A DNA stretch of 63,985 nt, filler included, from Choristocarpus tenellus KU-1152 (GCA_964200185.2; 8 parts of 8 records of this genome joined end to end with filler, not necessarily neighbours in it), one strand, 5' to 3'. Positions 34,679-49,500 are shown, counted from the first letter of the whole stretch. The notes: a model not told the origin generated them from the sequence alone. Numbers and translations: made by a program.

Positions 34679-37056
34679 ACTAAACAGTTTTAAAGGCACA
34701 AGAAGGAAGAGGACCAAAATAAACCCAGGAGTTTGTTCGCCTGCTTACCCCATTCTGCATCTACCGTTCTCATTTTGTTTGTTTCTCATCAATAAAAGGT
34801 GCTCTACAAAGCCGGGCAAATGCAATCGGAGTCCATCACAGCGATTATTAAGGCCATCAGAGCCAAGGGCAGTCCAGTGTTCGGTAGGGCTAGGGGCATG
34901 TCGGGCAAGGGAGAAGGGGCCAAGGAGTACCTGGGAACTCTTGCCATGTGATTGCGTGATGAATGGTCACCTCTTAGAAAGCTTGTTAAGTTAGTATTAC
35001 TTGTTTTTTGCTCAGTTCATGGATATCAAGCGTGAAACTTCACAGGAGGAAGGTCAACAACATGGAGGAGCATCGACCTGGGTGTGGATTTGCCCCAGAA
35101 GATGTTTTTGAGGAACTCGCAGAGATTTTCGTAGATGCTGTTAAGATAACAAGAACCACCTTGGCGTGTGCTAGTGTGCCTACTGGAGGATATCTACATC
35201 TGGACTGGTGGACGCTCATTTTTTTCTTTCTTTTTTTCGGTGTACCGCGTGCCGATTCGTATTTAACTATTCTGTGCTTTTCCACTTTTATTGGATGCTT
35301 CCGTGTGGGTGGAAGAAGTATATCCAGTCGAGAACCTATCCGAATCTGATCGTGGGGTAATAGCATTTCGTGTTGTATGTTGCGGAGGGGTTATCGTGGC
35401 GTTTGTTTGTTCCTGGGAGATACGCGCCTAGTCGTAGTCTTGTCTGAGGGTTTTAATATGAACCGACTCCAGAGTGCAAGGTCGCAAGTGCGATGTGTTT
35501 GGGGGGGATTGGGATTCCGTCGTTCAGTAAGAGAGGGTGCTTGGTCGTATTGACGGCAAGCGCTCTCTCTCAAGCCATTCAGCCATTCATTGCAGCGAAT
35601 TGGATACACAACAATCATGAATCGTGGTGTAGCTGTGTAGCCATCCACCATGCAGCACAAGTGTTTATTTCTGGGTTAAACACGTCAAATCCAGGATTTG
35701 AGGAGGTTTGGTGATGTTCTTCGAGAGCGTAATAGATACACCGATAAATTGATAAGGAGGTGATACAATGCAGCCTACTATTGTATGATAACATCACTCA
35801 CTCTTTGATCCCCCTTTGATCTTTGCAGCGCTCGAGGCAGTCAACAGCAAACAAATCCGAGGTTCGGAAGTGGAACTAAATCTGCCTGGTCATCGCGCTG
35901 AACGATTTTTTCGAGGTAGAAAATGTGTTGCAGTAAAATAGTAGTTGTACATGCATGTTCTGAAGTATTATATATTAAAGTTACTGTAATATGTGGTACA
36001 CATTAGCCAGCATTATTGGATGAATAACATAATTTAATCGAGCTACGTGTGTTCTTGTTGAGGTAACAATCCCATGATAGATGTACAAAGTTCCTGGAAT
36101 CTCAACAGAGTACAAAAGTTGTAGGTGGTAATGCTATCTCCCGACTGTCCATATCACGATCCACTTGAAGATGGTTAGTTGTCCCTCCCATTTCCATAAT
36201 AGGCTCAGGTGTCCAAACTCCAAAGAGAGAGGTCACTCATGGTACAATTCAAGTTGTACCAATTGTAGAGTTGTAAACCCTAACCCTAAACATCCCAGCC
36301 AGGGATAGTCATATCATAGCTACTCCTGGGCCACCTCAGAATATATACTACATAACCCTCTGACTTCCAACATCGAAGTACTGTGGCATTAGCATTTCGG
36401 GTAGGTCAACTAAATACTACACCTCCTTAGTGTCCCCACTCAGTTTGATACGTGGAACCAAATTTCATGGACAACTAACTACTGACAGACCTTCATGTAC
36501 TGCAAGACTTGCTTATTATTATTATTATTATTATTAACTGGACGCTCCCCTTACTCGGCCTCTTGAGCTTGCAGTGGTCTTGTTGGAGACGGTAGGTGCT
36601 TTGTTCCCCACCAAAGGATGGGCAACTATTTGCCCCTTCACACAACAAGACTTCTAAATAGATGTTGAGATACACGTGCTATCCACATTGCCAGTTGACT
36701 CAACCCAAGGGTAAGTCACCGGCATTGGCCAGTGTGGCGATGAAATATTTCTCCAAATAATCCCTGTACATCAACAACAGCCTCACAACTACATGCCACC
36801 ATCCATATCCAGACACCCTGCCTTCCTGAAAAACCCGTGGATACCGATAACGAATGAACTTGAGAGTACCAGGAGGCACATCTCTTTCTGGATGAATCAG
36901 TCGATAGCAGCGCTGCTTCAATAGGAAAATGATGAAGAGGCAAGACTTTACATCACACTACCGTATCGTTTGTAAAACCTGGTTAAAAGAGTCACACCAG
37001 AAAATTATTTGTCGACGGCTTGTTTCATGCATGACCTTCCAGCCAAGAGCGTTTCC

Positions 37057-37096
<40 letters not shown>

Positions 37097-37129
37097 CACC
37101 CCCTTCTTACCTCTCTCCAACCCGCCACC

Positions 37130-37229
37130 NNNNNNNNNNNNNNNNNNNNNNNNNNNNNNNNNNNNNNNNNNNNTTAATTAATTAANNNNNNNNNNNNNNN
37201 NNNNNNNNNNNNNNNNNNNNNNNNNNNNN
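37130..37229. other. Artificial contig linker
   Basis: 44 N + TTAATTAATTAA + 44 N. Confidence 0.98.
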
Positions 37230-38470
37230 GGGGGATGAAGAGGATGAGGTTAACATTCAAACACTGTATGAAAATAAAATAAAAATGTAGGTTCAAGTAC
37301 CACCCACTACTCCGGCATTTGCCCACAAGACCTCTTCTAGCAGGGCACAAAAATCAGTCGATTCAGCGAAATGCTTCTAACTCTTATTTTATTTTCCATT
37401 CTTGCATGCCCGACGAGATGTTGATTCAAGTATCAACCAAACAAGGGGAGATCTCTCCAGAGGAGACTCCGCTGTTGAAAATTCAACTTCAAGCGGCCGG
37501 TCGATTTTTCGAAAATTTTGAATTGTTGCGGGCGGCTCTTTGAAAAATTGGGAAGAAATTGAGCAGGCTGGCTGTTCACGGGTCACCATTTTTAATAGTA
37601 TTTTTTTTTTTAAGCGGTGTGACAAAAAATCGCGCCTTCCAAGTATAGTATATTCTCTTTGACAAATAAGATTCTGCACTCGTGAGAGTCTTTTTTTTTC
37701 CTTCTTCCGAAAACAGTCGTTTCCACAAAAAAAGTCAAATTTTTACCCCGTATCTTGTAATAAACAAACAAATACATACATATATATATATGAGTTTTTA
37801 AAAAAGGGAAAGTGTGGGGTGTGGAGTACCAACCGGAGGGAGAAAGTATTCTTTTTTTTACAGTGGACAAAACACTTTTTAATTCAGAACTCTTACCCTT
37901 ACTTCAACCTTTACCTTAGGACCCAATGCTGATCCCTTTGGGAAGACGTTACATCTCTTCTATACGGTGAGCTTGAGTACATGGTCAAACAGGTTTGAGA
38001 GGATATTTTCCCAAGTGTGACAGTTACAGATGGGTTAGAGTTAGTGTTAGGGCTAGGGTTAGGGTTAGAGGGGATCTGCATAAGTGCTGCTGTAGTGGGA
38101 CAGGAAAGAGATGGCAATTTGAGGGAATCTGTTTCAGGCACCACCACACACACCTCTTGATAGGCACTTTGCCTCCTCTTCCTAACAGCACAGATACACA
38201 GGTACCTCCAAAGCACCTTGAAGTGTGGTTTTAATTGCTGCACCCCTAACACACCATTACACATATATGACCTACTCAAAGCACAGTGCATCGGTTTCAA
38301 AATCACTGAAAATTTGAACTAACTCACAACAGCATGCTCATGGTGTTGCCTACATCTGTATACCACTTCAAATTTCCTCTTCATAGGACATCAAAAAGCG
38401 GTGTCTCCACTTAGAGTGGTGCAAATGTAAAATATTCAGGGAGAGTAATGTGGGCAAAACGTAGAAGCAC

Positions 38471-40295
38471 CTCAATTGCTGCACTGAAGGACGCCACGGC
38501 AGAATCCATCCCTCCGAGGAGAGCAAGGGCGCTTCCAAGCCCAAGGTGTGCCCCAACCAAACCAGGACGGATAGACAGGAGACTGCGAAACAATTCTACC
38601 GCCTTCCTATAGTTTCCAGTGTTCACCTGGCACAAGGGATACTGGCATTGATCACTGATGAATCGGGATGGGGAAGGAGGTGACCCTTTCCTTTAGAAGC
38701 ATGATTTGTCTCCCGGTACTTATATCATTGTGGTGTGGATATGTATGACCTCTTGTATCAAAAATGCACACACACACACACTCTCTCTCTCTCTCTCTCT
38801 CTCTCTGTTTGTATGTTAAGTTATTTTATTGCACCTCTCAGTCCAGCAGTAGTTTTCTTGAATAAGGGATGTGTCTGCTGTGTAGTGACCAAAAGCACTA
38901 CATAGATACTCACAGCAAGTAATGCATATAGATCGAGAGCATTCATCAAACAGAACCAAATTCAGAAAGGGAAAGGCAAAGCCAACTCAAGTGCAGGTGG
39001 GTAATGACTCACAATAGATCTCTAGTAGACTTAAAAGACCAACACAATGCGTGAATAATGGGTCATGCATCATATTGAACAAAAAAAAGAACCTGCAAAT
39101 ACCCCAGGGCAATGACGTTGTCGATATCCTGATCTCCTACACCATGTGCAAGCTGGGCCCGTGCTGCCTCCAGCACTCCAGGAGAGATGGAACTTTCGGC
39201 CAGAGCCTGGGACAAACCATGCACCACAGCACCTCCGCCTGCCCTGGCCTCCAACTTTAAAACCCCTCTGCCGCCTTCCTCTTCTGACCTGGCCTTGCCT
39301 CTCTTTTTCTTTTTCTTTTTTTTCTTCTTGCCGGTTACCCCCCCGACCTCTTCAGTGCCTGCCTCCTCCTGTTGCCCATCGTTTCCCCCTTCACTTTCCT
39401 GACCAACAGATCTCGAGGGCGATTCTCCAGCCTCATCGGCGCTGTCGGAGTCAGCATTGTATGGTTGAAGCTGATTGGAGGGGGAACTAACGTCAGCGAG
39501 CGAACCATCAGACTTATTTGTTGGTTGGTCCCCAATCTGATCTGCACTCGGTTCACCCCTAGGAGATCCCGTATCATCCACCTCTTTCAATCCGCTTGCA
39601 GGCTTACGATGTGGGGGAGAGTTTATGGGATCACCCCTATCACCATTTGAACGACCAGCCAGTGCTAGCGTTGCAAGCTCTGCGAACAGTACAACATCCC
39701 CCACACCCCTTCCCACGGCAGCTCCAGCCTCAAACGCCTCTTGCGCCTTGGTGGCATTGCCTAATCGTCGGAATGCTTGCCCTGGTTGTTTCAATAGGGT
39801 TGAAATGTCACAGCCACAGGCCAAGCGCAAGAAAGAGAGAGTCATCGGTCTCGAAACCGGAAGCAATCACTGTGATAATAGATTCTTCATTCTTGTGCTT
39901 GTACTGACTTTAGGAAGGTTGATGTGTGCACTGATGCAAATCAGGTTTAGGGAAAAGTGTAAAAACTCAATCACAGTAGGACTTAGCTACGGACACCTGT
40001 CTAAGCTCTCGGTTGCATGCATACCTTTGAGTATGTAAGCTCTCAGACAATGCGGTTCCAAACTAATTGCCATGTCGCAGTCCCGGGTACAAGAGCGATA
40101 CATTTCCAGCTGGACCTTTGCCGCAGCCCTATTGACAAATATCAACGCGGTAGCTGAATCACTAGCCTTATTGCTGCTTTTGCATCCAACATTGCCAAGC
40201 GAAGATGACTTGAGCACTCGGTCATATAGTACAAGTGCTTCCGCAAATCTCTCCTCTACGAAATGAACAGCAGCAGCAGCTGCAAGATCCTCCAT
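38471..40295 (-). CDS. SRFR1: SRFR1/TTC13-like TPR protein (5' part, 3 exons)
   Basis: Exons 40025-40295, 39093-39781 and 38471-38626 give NRAAAKVQLEMYRSCTRDCDMAISLEPHCLRAYILKG-QAF, a low-complexity linker, then GYLQVNTGNYRKAVELF. This is the plant SRFR1 layout as recalled (NRAFCY..LEL..DCDKA..LEP..AFILKG; GIAQVNEGNY). Confidence 0.8.
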
Positions 40296-40550
40296 GGGAT
40301 TGATGCATTGATATGGTCTGAGGAGTACCAACACAAATTCGCGGTGTTGCATCACCGTCTAAGGCTTGTTGAGTCCATTGATCCATTGTAACTGTGACCT
40401 GACATCACCAATATCTACGTTATTCTTTTATTAGAAAAAAAAGACGTCCACATCCCATCCATAATCAACATGGGATGAGTGACTGCGTAATGGTCGATTC
40501 TGTTGACCTGGTAGTAATGGGCAAACTCTTTCGACAAGGTAGTCCAGAGT

Positions 40551-43500
40551 ATGATCCTGCAGTCGAGCATTTCTCTGGACCCTCCTAATTTGGTGCCTGT
40601 ATCGGATGTGCCACGCAACTCAGAGTGTGGGTCTCAAAACATCCAACAAAATGATCTGACGCTGTCCACGAGAGATCCATGCCCTTCAAATGTCGATGTG
40701 CTCAACTTGTCACCAGCTACCGAGAAATGCCTAAGTGAAGATTGTCCCATAGATTGGAAGGCACCAAGAAATTCCTGCATGTCCTACGATGGTCAGGGAA
40801 AACAGGGGAACGTGCAAGTTGTAGTGGATTCTGGAGCATTTTGGGGGGGCAAGGAACCAGATGTTACCGTTACAACGGAAAATGGTGAGGGAATTGTGTT
40901 GCACAAGGAATCTACGACTGATCTTGTGCAAGATAAAGCAGTCCTTGAGGAAGACAAGGACAAAGGTGTATCTCCGAATAATAGCATTAGCAAAGCAGAG
41001 GGTAGTACCATCCTTGACAACCCAAGAATAGATGAAGTGGAAGAAAACAGCACGAATCTGGACCTTAGTAACCCCGTACAAGCTCATGAACTATGTGGAC
41101 TGGGTGAGAAAGCTGAAAAGGGCGCTACGAAGGACAAACAGACTGTCATTGGGGAAGCGGAGAGTGATGTGCCCTTGTACGGCAACCCCTCATCTCGTCA
41201 TCAAAGAACAACAGATTGTACCGTCACGTATAACCAGAGAAGTCGAGAAAAGGGGATTGTGCGTGGTCAGGAGGCCGAGGGCCTCTTTCAAGCTTCTAGT
41301 GAATGCTTTGGATTGGGTCAGGAAATTCGTGCAGATGTTGCAGAAGATTTGCAGCTTATCCACGGAAATGGGGGTGAGGGACTACCATTGGACGTAAAAT
41401 GTTCGGAGCAAATTAATGGTAGCACACCTAGGGGCATTCCAGGTGGGTACAAGACAGACAAAAGGAACGAAAAGGGATCTAGCCATTCCTCAATAGTTGA
41501 TCAAGGAAATGCTTCACATCCATGTGGTAGTGTTGGTGGAGGGAATACAGCAAATCAGCAGCAAGTAGAGAACCTGGAAGATAATTCAACGCATCATGTG
41601 AACGAACAGGATATCGGCGAGAATAGCCCCGGCATCGTGCAAAGAAAAGAAAAGGAAAACTGTTCACATATTGAGGCATTCCTGCCTTCAAGTAGGTTCG
41701 AGGGGAGTAGGCCTGGATATGTTTTTAAAATTGAGGACCAGGGTCTAGGATACTATGTGGAAGGCTACCAACCGACCAGGAAGCGGAGCAAGCAAACTGT
41801 AGTCTATCGTCCTTGGAATTCTGGGCCTGGGGGCGACACAGTTCATCGAGGCCCTATTGGACCACTGCTTAAGCCCCCTGCCACAGGCATTCAGTCCAAG
41901 GTCAGGAAAACTGATTCACGAGAGGAAAGGTTAGTAGCATTTTTCCACACCTTTTCGAATAGGCAATGAATACTGCATGCAGACCCAACCCACACCTGTC
42001 ATAGGGAGTAGAGGCTCTCACCTCTGTTTACCACCGCATGTATCCTTGCCTCCCAGCAAGCCCTTCATGGCACGGATGATAGCCCATCGAAACTCCCGGG
42101 GATTCCAGTCTACACTACTTGCACGTGAGAAAATCCTTGACCAGCACATGATAGTGCTGTTGGAGGGAATAATTGATCCAAGCAAGTTCAGGAAGCGTCA
42201 TGGATACAATATTCATGGGGAGATGTTGGGAATGGACGGGAAAATGATTGAGAAGGCAAGGAAACAACCAACCTGTGCGTCGATGTTTGTGAAAAAAACG
42301 CAACAGAAAAATATGAATATCGTGGCATTGACATAGAAAGCAGCAACTCAGACATGAGTAAAGAAGTTTTTTCACTAACAGTCTCACAGGGGAGGGATTG
42401 CTGATGCAGGATGCGAGCATATAGGGGAACCCAACTCGAAATCCGAAGGTGCTAAGAACTTTCTTTTGTGGTTAGCAAAGGAAAAAATAGCTGTCTAGAG
42501 TGAAGATACAAGGGGTCAAGGCATTGAACAGAGTTTGAACCGAAGGAAGTGAAAGGTATCCTGGTTTTGGTCGTTTTTCATTTTAGTTTATTTTTCAATC
42601 TCTTGCAAATCACCCAAATTTCTATAGATGAAGTTCTAAGTTTGACCTGAGAGCGTTTATATGTCCATTGTTTGAACTTTTCCGACACAATTCAGAAAAT
42701 ATCCCTTACACATTTGTAAAAAAAAAGTCGAAATTTGCACGCATTTGTCGATGCCCTTAAAATATACCTTTGGGTACCTCATTTACTTTGACTCTGTGAT
42801 ACAACTCTAGGAAAAAAACTCCAACAGAACCCACAATGCACATTGGAAGGGAAAGGCTTTTCTATCTCTGATAATATCATTAGAAGCTTTGCATTGATTA
42901 GAGGTGATAACCAACACTTCAACTGTACTTGGCACAGTTTCCGAGATGAAATCATGACGCCATGACTGGTGGCCAAGAGCAAACTCTCTGTCCTCCTCCA
43001 GTCCCTACATACAGTGCAAACATGCAACACATCTATAAAACCCTCTCTTCCCATAGCAGCACAGAGTGGGAGACACTCCTAGTCAACTGAAAACAACTCT
43101 TGATCAAACACATACGATAGACAGGTGCTCCCTTCTGCTCCCTCAAAAAAACATGAGTCTTCCCCTGCTCTATTCACTCACCTTAATTACAACAAAACGA
43201 TACAGGTGATCCCGCCAAAATCTCCAGAAGAGATAGCGAAGCTCCCCTGGTATCGAAAAGTATACGAAGAGCGCCTGGGAAAGCACCTACCAGTCAAGCG
43301 CTTGGGTGATAGCATTGAGGCAAGGAGGGAGGCACTGGCCTATTCAAGGACCTTCACCTCAGAGCTTGGCTCTAGATCGGATCAGTTGCACCAATCTCTG
43401 AGTAAGGCACTGCAGGTGGGAAAAAAAAAAGGTTCACAAAAGATTATATTGGACGCCGCCTTCTTGCCACAAGTTTGTGCATCCATTACCTTCACATTCT

Positions 43501-46500
43501 GGTAAGGAGTCTCTGCAGGGATCTAGGTGGCCAGCGATGTGGTAGTAGTTGAAGAACTGTACTCTCTGTAAGGTATTCTGGGACCCACTGTGCACCTTTT
43601 TTTCAAAGTACAACATCTAAGTGCAAGAATCGTTTCCAGACATCACAGTTTCCAAATAAATATGGAGTGCCTCATTCCTAATCTAGTGACTTGTATCCTT
43701 TCTATGTACTATCTATGCTCCTACAAAAGTGAAACCATCAAAGAGGGCAGCCAATTTTACTCCTTTGAGCATGAAGGCCTTTTTGAACTTTGTACAACAT
43801 ACACCATGAACCTTTCCTGACATAGAGTCAACCCTTCTTTAGAAACTGTGGCTGTAGAAGAGTAGATTTGATCCGAACACATTGCTTTACCCAAAGTGCC
43901 CTCCACAGTGCTCAAAACAGGTGCACCAAGAGGCATTCATAGTGGCTCTTAAACTCAACTTGACCCTCCTCTTAGATGGTTTCCTTCTTAGATCTTAAGG
44001 TACAAGGGAATCATTGGGAGAACTTATGCTGACCCTTGCCCAAGATAGAGTGAATGGGCCCGGGATGTGTGTATTTACACCTCTTGGATAGAAATTTCAA
44101 GAGTCAGGGGCACCGTGGCCTCAGGGTTAGGATCCATGCTGTCCTGGCCTAATAGAGCCTGCAGTGGTGTGCTCTCTCCCGCTACCGTCTCCATCATGCA
44201 AAAAAACCCCATGGGATTGACTCCTATCTTGTCCATGACAAAAAGGGGGTTCGGGTTAGCATGGCGGGATCATGAAAAAAGGGCATATAACCCACCAGGA
44301 TGCCAATCTGTTGCTCTGCTACTGCTACTAGTGTGTTGTCAAACGAGGGTTGGCTAGAGACAGGATAAGGAAGTGTACCTTTACGGAATACTAGCAATTC
44401 AATCCCGACTGAATTTCGTACTCCCTTCATGGTGCTAATATTATATTCTTTCAAGGATTCTGAAATTCCGAAATAATCCTTGCTGCTGGTACATAAGTAA
44501 GTACCTCCACCATTGTTACCAACGGCAACTGCTGAGGCGTTGAGCCTGGCAATGGGGTGCAGGCCTGAGCACGCAGTAAGAGTGCTTTAGGTTATGTCAA
44601 CCACGTCGGGGCAGGCATTGAGTCATGTTTCTTAGGTGCAATGGTTTTATCAGTAAAATAACACTTTCTTACACACCTACAGTATATGACATGCCATCAA
44701 TCTAGCAATGAGGAGACGGGGAGAATGATACCAGTCTACCTTCTCACCAATTTCTTGACTGATTTGACTCAATTTTAGGGTGTTACGCATTTGGGGTTTG
44801 TCACAGAGGACTACAACCGTCCGGGTGGGTATACCATAGACGGGAGGAAGATCTTGCCACGTGGACAAAAGCAAACCAACGAACTCCATCAAACCATGGA
44901 TCAGAAGGAGCGGGCTTGCTCGTGAGTGTCTTTGCATTCCCTCACACTCTGTGCAAGAAAACCACTCCCAGTTTGTTTGCTGCGTAGAACTTGCAGGTTA
45001 ATGACCTGACCTTGATCCATACCGTGCAATAGATCATCAGCTGGAGACGTTTAATGGAAAATGTGAAGATTGATTCAGGTGTCTTTGGCTTATTGATGTG
45101 AAGAAAGGGACAATAGATGCTCCATTCCTTAAGTCTCATTTAGTACAAGTCTGGAGCATGAGGCCAGTTCAGTCTCTCCTGGATTGGTCTCCACCCTCTT
45201 ACCATTGTCCCAACTGTCTGACCTAAGGAGAGAGGGACTTTCACTTTTTTAGGACCTAAATGTAGTAGATCCCAATATAAAGCAGTTTTCCTGGTAAACA
45301 TCCCCTCATACAATATACCCTTACCTCTCACCTTATAACCCTCACCCCTTCTCCTCTGCCTTGCGCTTGATAGTCCCAACCTCAAGCGGCCACCCCATCC
45401 TCCCACACACTATCAGACCAACCTCCAACATCCGCAGTCTGTTCCAAGTCTCTAATGTCAATGCCTATGTCACACCTTGGTCAGGCATGTATTCAAAGTC
45501 ATCCAACGGTTCCGTTGCGCTCACGAGGACATCACGGAGGCCATCAAAGGCAAGGATCAGGCCCTTAACAAGATGATGAAGAAGATGGATACCACTATTC
45601 TCCAAGAGATTGCCGATGAGGCCGTCCGAGATTCGGGAATGGGCATTTACAGGCAAAAAAATAGAAAAATCACAGGGAATAGCATAGGAGGGGAGGGGAA
45701 CTTTGGGAGAGAAAGTAGCATCTCAGGGCTTGATAGAGCGTCGAGAGAGAGTCCTGAGGAACAGAGGAAGAGGTTCACCAAAATGCTCAAGGTGTGTTGT
45801 TGGGCATGGTGGAGAACAATGAGATGCTAGGCTATCCCTGTACCATCTGTACATATTGGGAGGGTATCTTCGCCTTTTGTGTTGTGTGAGTGCTGCAACG
45901 CTGGAAGATCGGACCTCTCTTTTGGGAGCACTTGTCCCTACCTTGTGTGTCTGTTGAACAGCACGAATTAGTACTGATCCTAAAGGCCATGGGTCGCCCT
46001 GGTCGGACTCGCAGTATTGAGAATGGAGATGTAATAGTTGCCCCAATATCCAGAGTCAGGTTGCCTTCATGCAAACTCTTTCATATCGCATTTTGCACTC
46101 AGACTCATGTCAAGGATCGAGACAAGGAGCTGATGAAAGGGGTCCAAGCCCTTGGGGACGAAGTAGCAGAGGAGGTAAGTTGGCACTGTGGGTATGGTTT
46201 CACTAGACAGGCAAAAGCAAAATGCATGCAAAAGATAGAGAACGTGCAGTGGTCTTGTTGTTGAAACTTTGGCTCTTCATTTTTTCAACATGTATTTGTG
46301 GTTGTGAAAGTCTTCAAGCGGGCACCAGGGAGCAGGATCTGGAAATATCATAATAGTATTGCCAGGCGAAAACAGTGCTTGTACACTAACGTGAATGTGT
46401 ATGGTTAGATTATGAGTATCATTACTAATATCTCAATTGCAATACTAAATGTGTAGGTACTGATTCAACCTCCTCAAACCTACCGTCAGAGTTAGCACAA

Positions 46501-49500
46501 AGAGTATTGCACTTACAAATGGGAATAAATGAAAAACTCAAATAAAGCATGACCATTTTCAACCAGGCGAACCAAAACCGGTCCCAGAGGACAATTCGAA
46601 ACATACCAAAGGGAACAATTTGATACGGCTGCAGTAGATTGTACACAATGTCAGACAGTGTGTGTGCATCTCTCCACAGGATCTTTTCCATAGGATTGCC
46701 CTCTCTCTCCAACTGAGCAACCGTAAACAAGAAAATGCTACAATACATACAAAATCTTGCTCCTATTTTCTGTCACCTCAAAACACATACACATACACAT
46801 ATGTCAGTCACTGAGCCACCCCTGGTGTCTTGCTATGATCTTTTTCGCGAAGATGATGGACACCCTTGCTCAGGGTACTGAGATACTCCCTGAAAGCTGG
46901 CGTCAGGATCGGCAAAATCTACGAAATATGGAAAGGCGCAGAAGGGAGCTAATCAAAGAGCGGGAGCAGGCAGCCAATAGAAAGGTGTGCCCCTGGAGAC
47001 CAGGAGGGCTTCATATTGCTCATGAGCCCTGGGACCCTCTGCACATGAAAGATAACCCTACCCCCGTACAAAATGCATCAGAGCCGGGGACAGTGGTGCT
47101 GGAAGCAAGATCCACTCCAGGACAAGAGAAACAAGGGGCAATAAGTAGGGGGGAAACGTTGGAGGTGGGAGGGAGTAGTAAGGGTCGTCCACAGAGGCCA
47201 CGAACCGCTCCACCTCTCACAAACTTCATGGATCACATGAGTCTACGAACTCGGAAAGTGCTGGCTTCCCAGAGACCAGGTGGGACCCTTTTTGATGCAT
47301 TTATGGTGTACAGGACAGTACCATATCCACTCCAGCGGTCTCCTGGTTCAGATCCTCCCATATGCACTGAAGAAAGGGGGAATGAAAGATTCTTGTTCGT
47401 TGCAGAGAGGGATGCAGTGCCCTCTGCTCTGCCAACTGGGAAATGGACTGGAGATGGCAGGACAACCAAAGTCAGAAAACACTGGCCCTGCAGAAGGGGA
47501 GGAAAAAATCAAAGTTTGAGGAAATGTTGCGCTAGACAAAGATGTCCCACATCTGCATGGGCAGAGTTCAAACGAAAACCAGAGCGCCCTTCTTCTGCTA
47601 GGTCAAGCAGGATTCCTTCTAGCCCGAGGCACACAGGTAGGAGCCGTAGAGACCTGGAGGTGGCAAGGCCTCACTCAGTAACAACAGGAAATAGACAAAC
47701 TGTTCCGGGAGCACCACCACGACCAGCAACTGCAACAGGAAGTCGTGTTGTGCATAGCACAACCACAATCGGGGGGCGAGCTGTGGGCTCCAGGGGAGGG
47801 GCAACAGCTCTAGGTGATCAGCTACGTTGTGGTTCTGATGTGGCAACCCATGTAACACCAACAGATACGGAATTGGTGGGAGGTGAACAAAGCAAGTTGA
47901 ACTTGTACCAGCATAGCCGAACAGAGATGACTGTCCTTTGGGCCCGCTTTTGCAGACCCTCTGATGTTGTGCACACTTGTGCCATTTGGCCATCAAGGTC
48001 TTTCCCTGCCACACCAACACAATCTAGAACACAAGATCGGGACAAGGTAATCTCTACGACCATTGACACTGTGGGACCTCAACAAGACGACATTGATTCT
48101 GACGGTCTAGAGACCTGTTGTGGTGGTATTGGGAGAACAAGGGAAGTCAATGAGGGCATGAAGGGTACCAAATACGCTGGGGAAGAAGAGGTTGAAGGCA
48201 TTGTTCGGATGGAAAACAGAGATGGGAAAGGTGGAGAAGGAGAGGTTAAATCTACCTTGGAGGTGTTAGAAGCGAAACTGCACGCTAGCAGTCAACGTTG
48301 GGTTAAAGAGCGACATAGAGTCTTCAGGTGGGTGCCGAGGTGGATCACTCGGACGATAAGAAATGGGAACCATTGTAAGGGACCTTCCACTTCGTTCATC
48401 ATGGGAAAAGCGAGCTATTATATGACATGATGGCTTCAAGAAGTGCTCGAGAGCAATCGCTTCTCCAGCACAGTACAATTCCCTGGAGACCTGTCACCTC
48501 ATGATATTGCAGACCTCCAAAAAGGAGCATGTCTTCTTCTCCATATTGGAGAGAGAGGGAATTATGTGTAGCTCCATCCAAAACCTGTACGAGTTAAAGT
48601 ATCTTAGAGGGCAAAGCCGTTTCCGTTTGGGAACCAAAATCCAGTGTTGCAATTTTGATGTAATTTTGGGTATCGTGTTTGTTAGGAAGTGTCAATATCC
48701 TTGTTCCGGACACACCTTTTCAAACATACACATTTTACCTACTCCAAAACATTTTGGAGTAGGAAAATGTCATAAAACACCTGTGGGAAGCCAAGCCCCA
48801 AACGGGCAAACAGGGCAAAACTCGTACCCTCTAAGGTACTTTCATTCTACTGCTATCCATTTCACATGCATTCTGCCTGAAACAGTGGGCTGAAATAGTA
48901 CATCCCTCAGTTCTCTTTTCTTGGTGCATTTCTTGTGCCCTTGATGAATTTAACCTCATGCCCATCATGCCTCAGTGGGTATGCAGACAGATCCAGAAAG
49001 GAGCAGAGCTGGGACCCAGAGTCAGAGCTCATAGAAGCAACATCACCCCGGTGGATGCACAGGCAAGCACGAAAAAATTCATGTACGAGTCAGACTAAGG
49101 AAAGGGGATCAAGAATGGTGCCTCGGCCACAGTTTTGTGGTACAGTGGACATGGACTGGCAGGAGGTATTAATTATGAGCCAATCTATCACTATCATTAT
49201 GGGCAGTTGTTGTACTATGGTAGCGTGGATATAGATGCAGGGGGTATACGTCTAAGTATCTAGTCCTTTGCCATTGCAAACATAGCACAGGCTCCTTGCA
49301 ACAGAAACCGAACATGTAATGAAAGAGTGAAAGTATCTTAGGGTTAGGGTACGAGTTTTGCCCTGTTTGTCCGTTTGGGGCTTGGCTTCCCACAGTTTCT
49401 TTTTGGACATTTTCCTACGCCAAAATGTTTTGGAGCAGGTAAAATGTATAGGTTATGAAAAGGTGTGTACGGAACAAGGATATTGACATCTCCCAACAAA

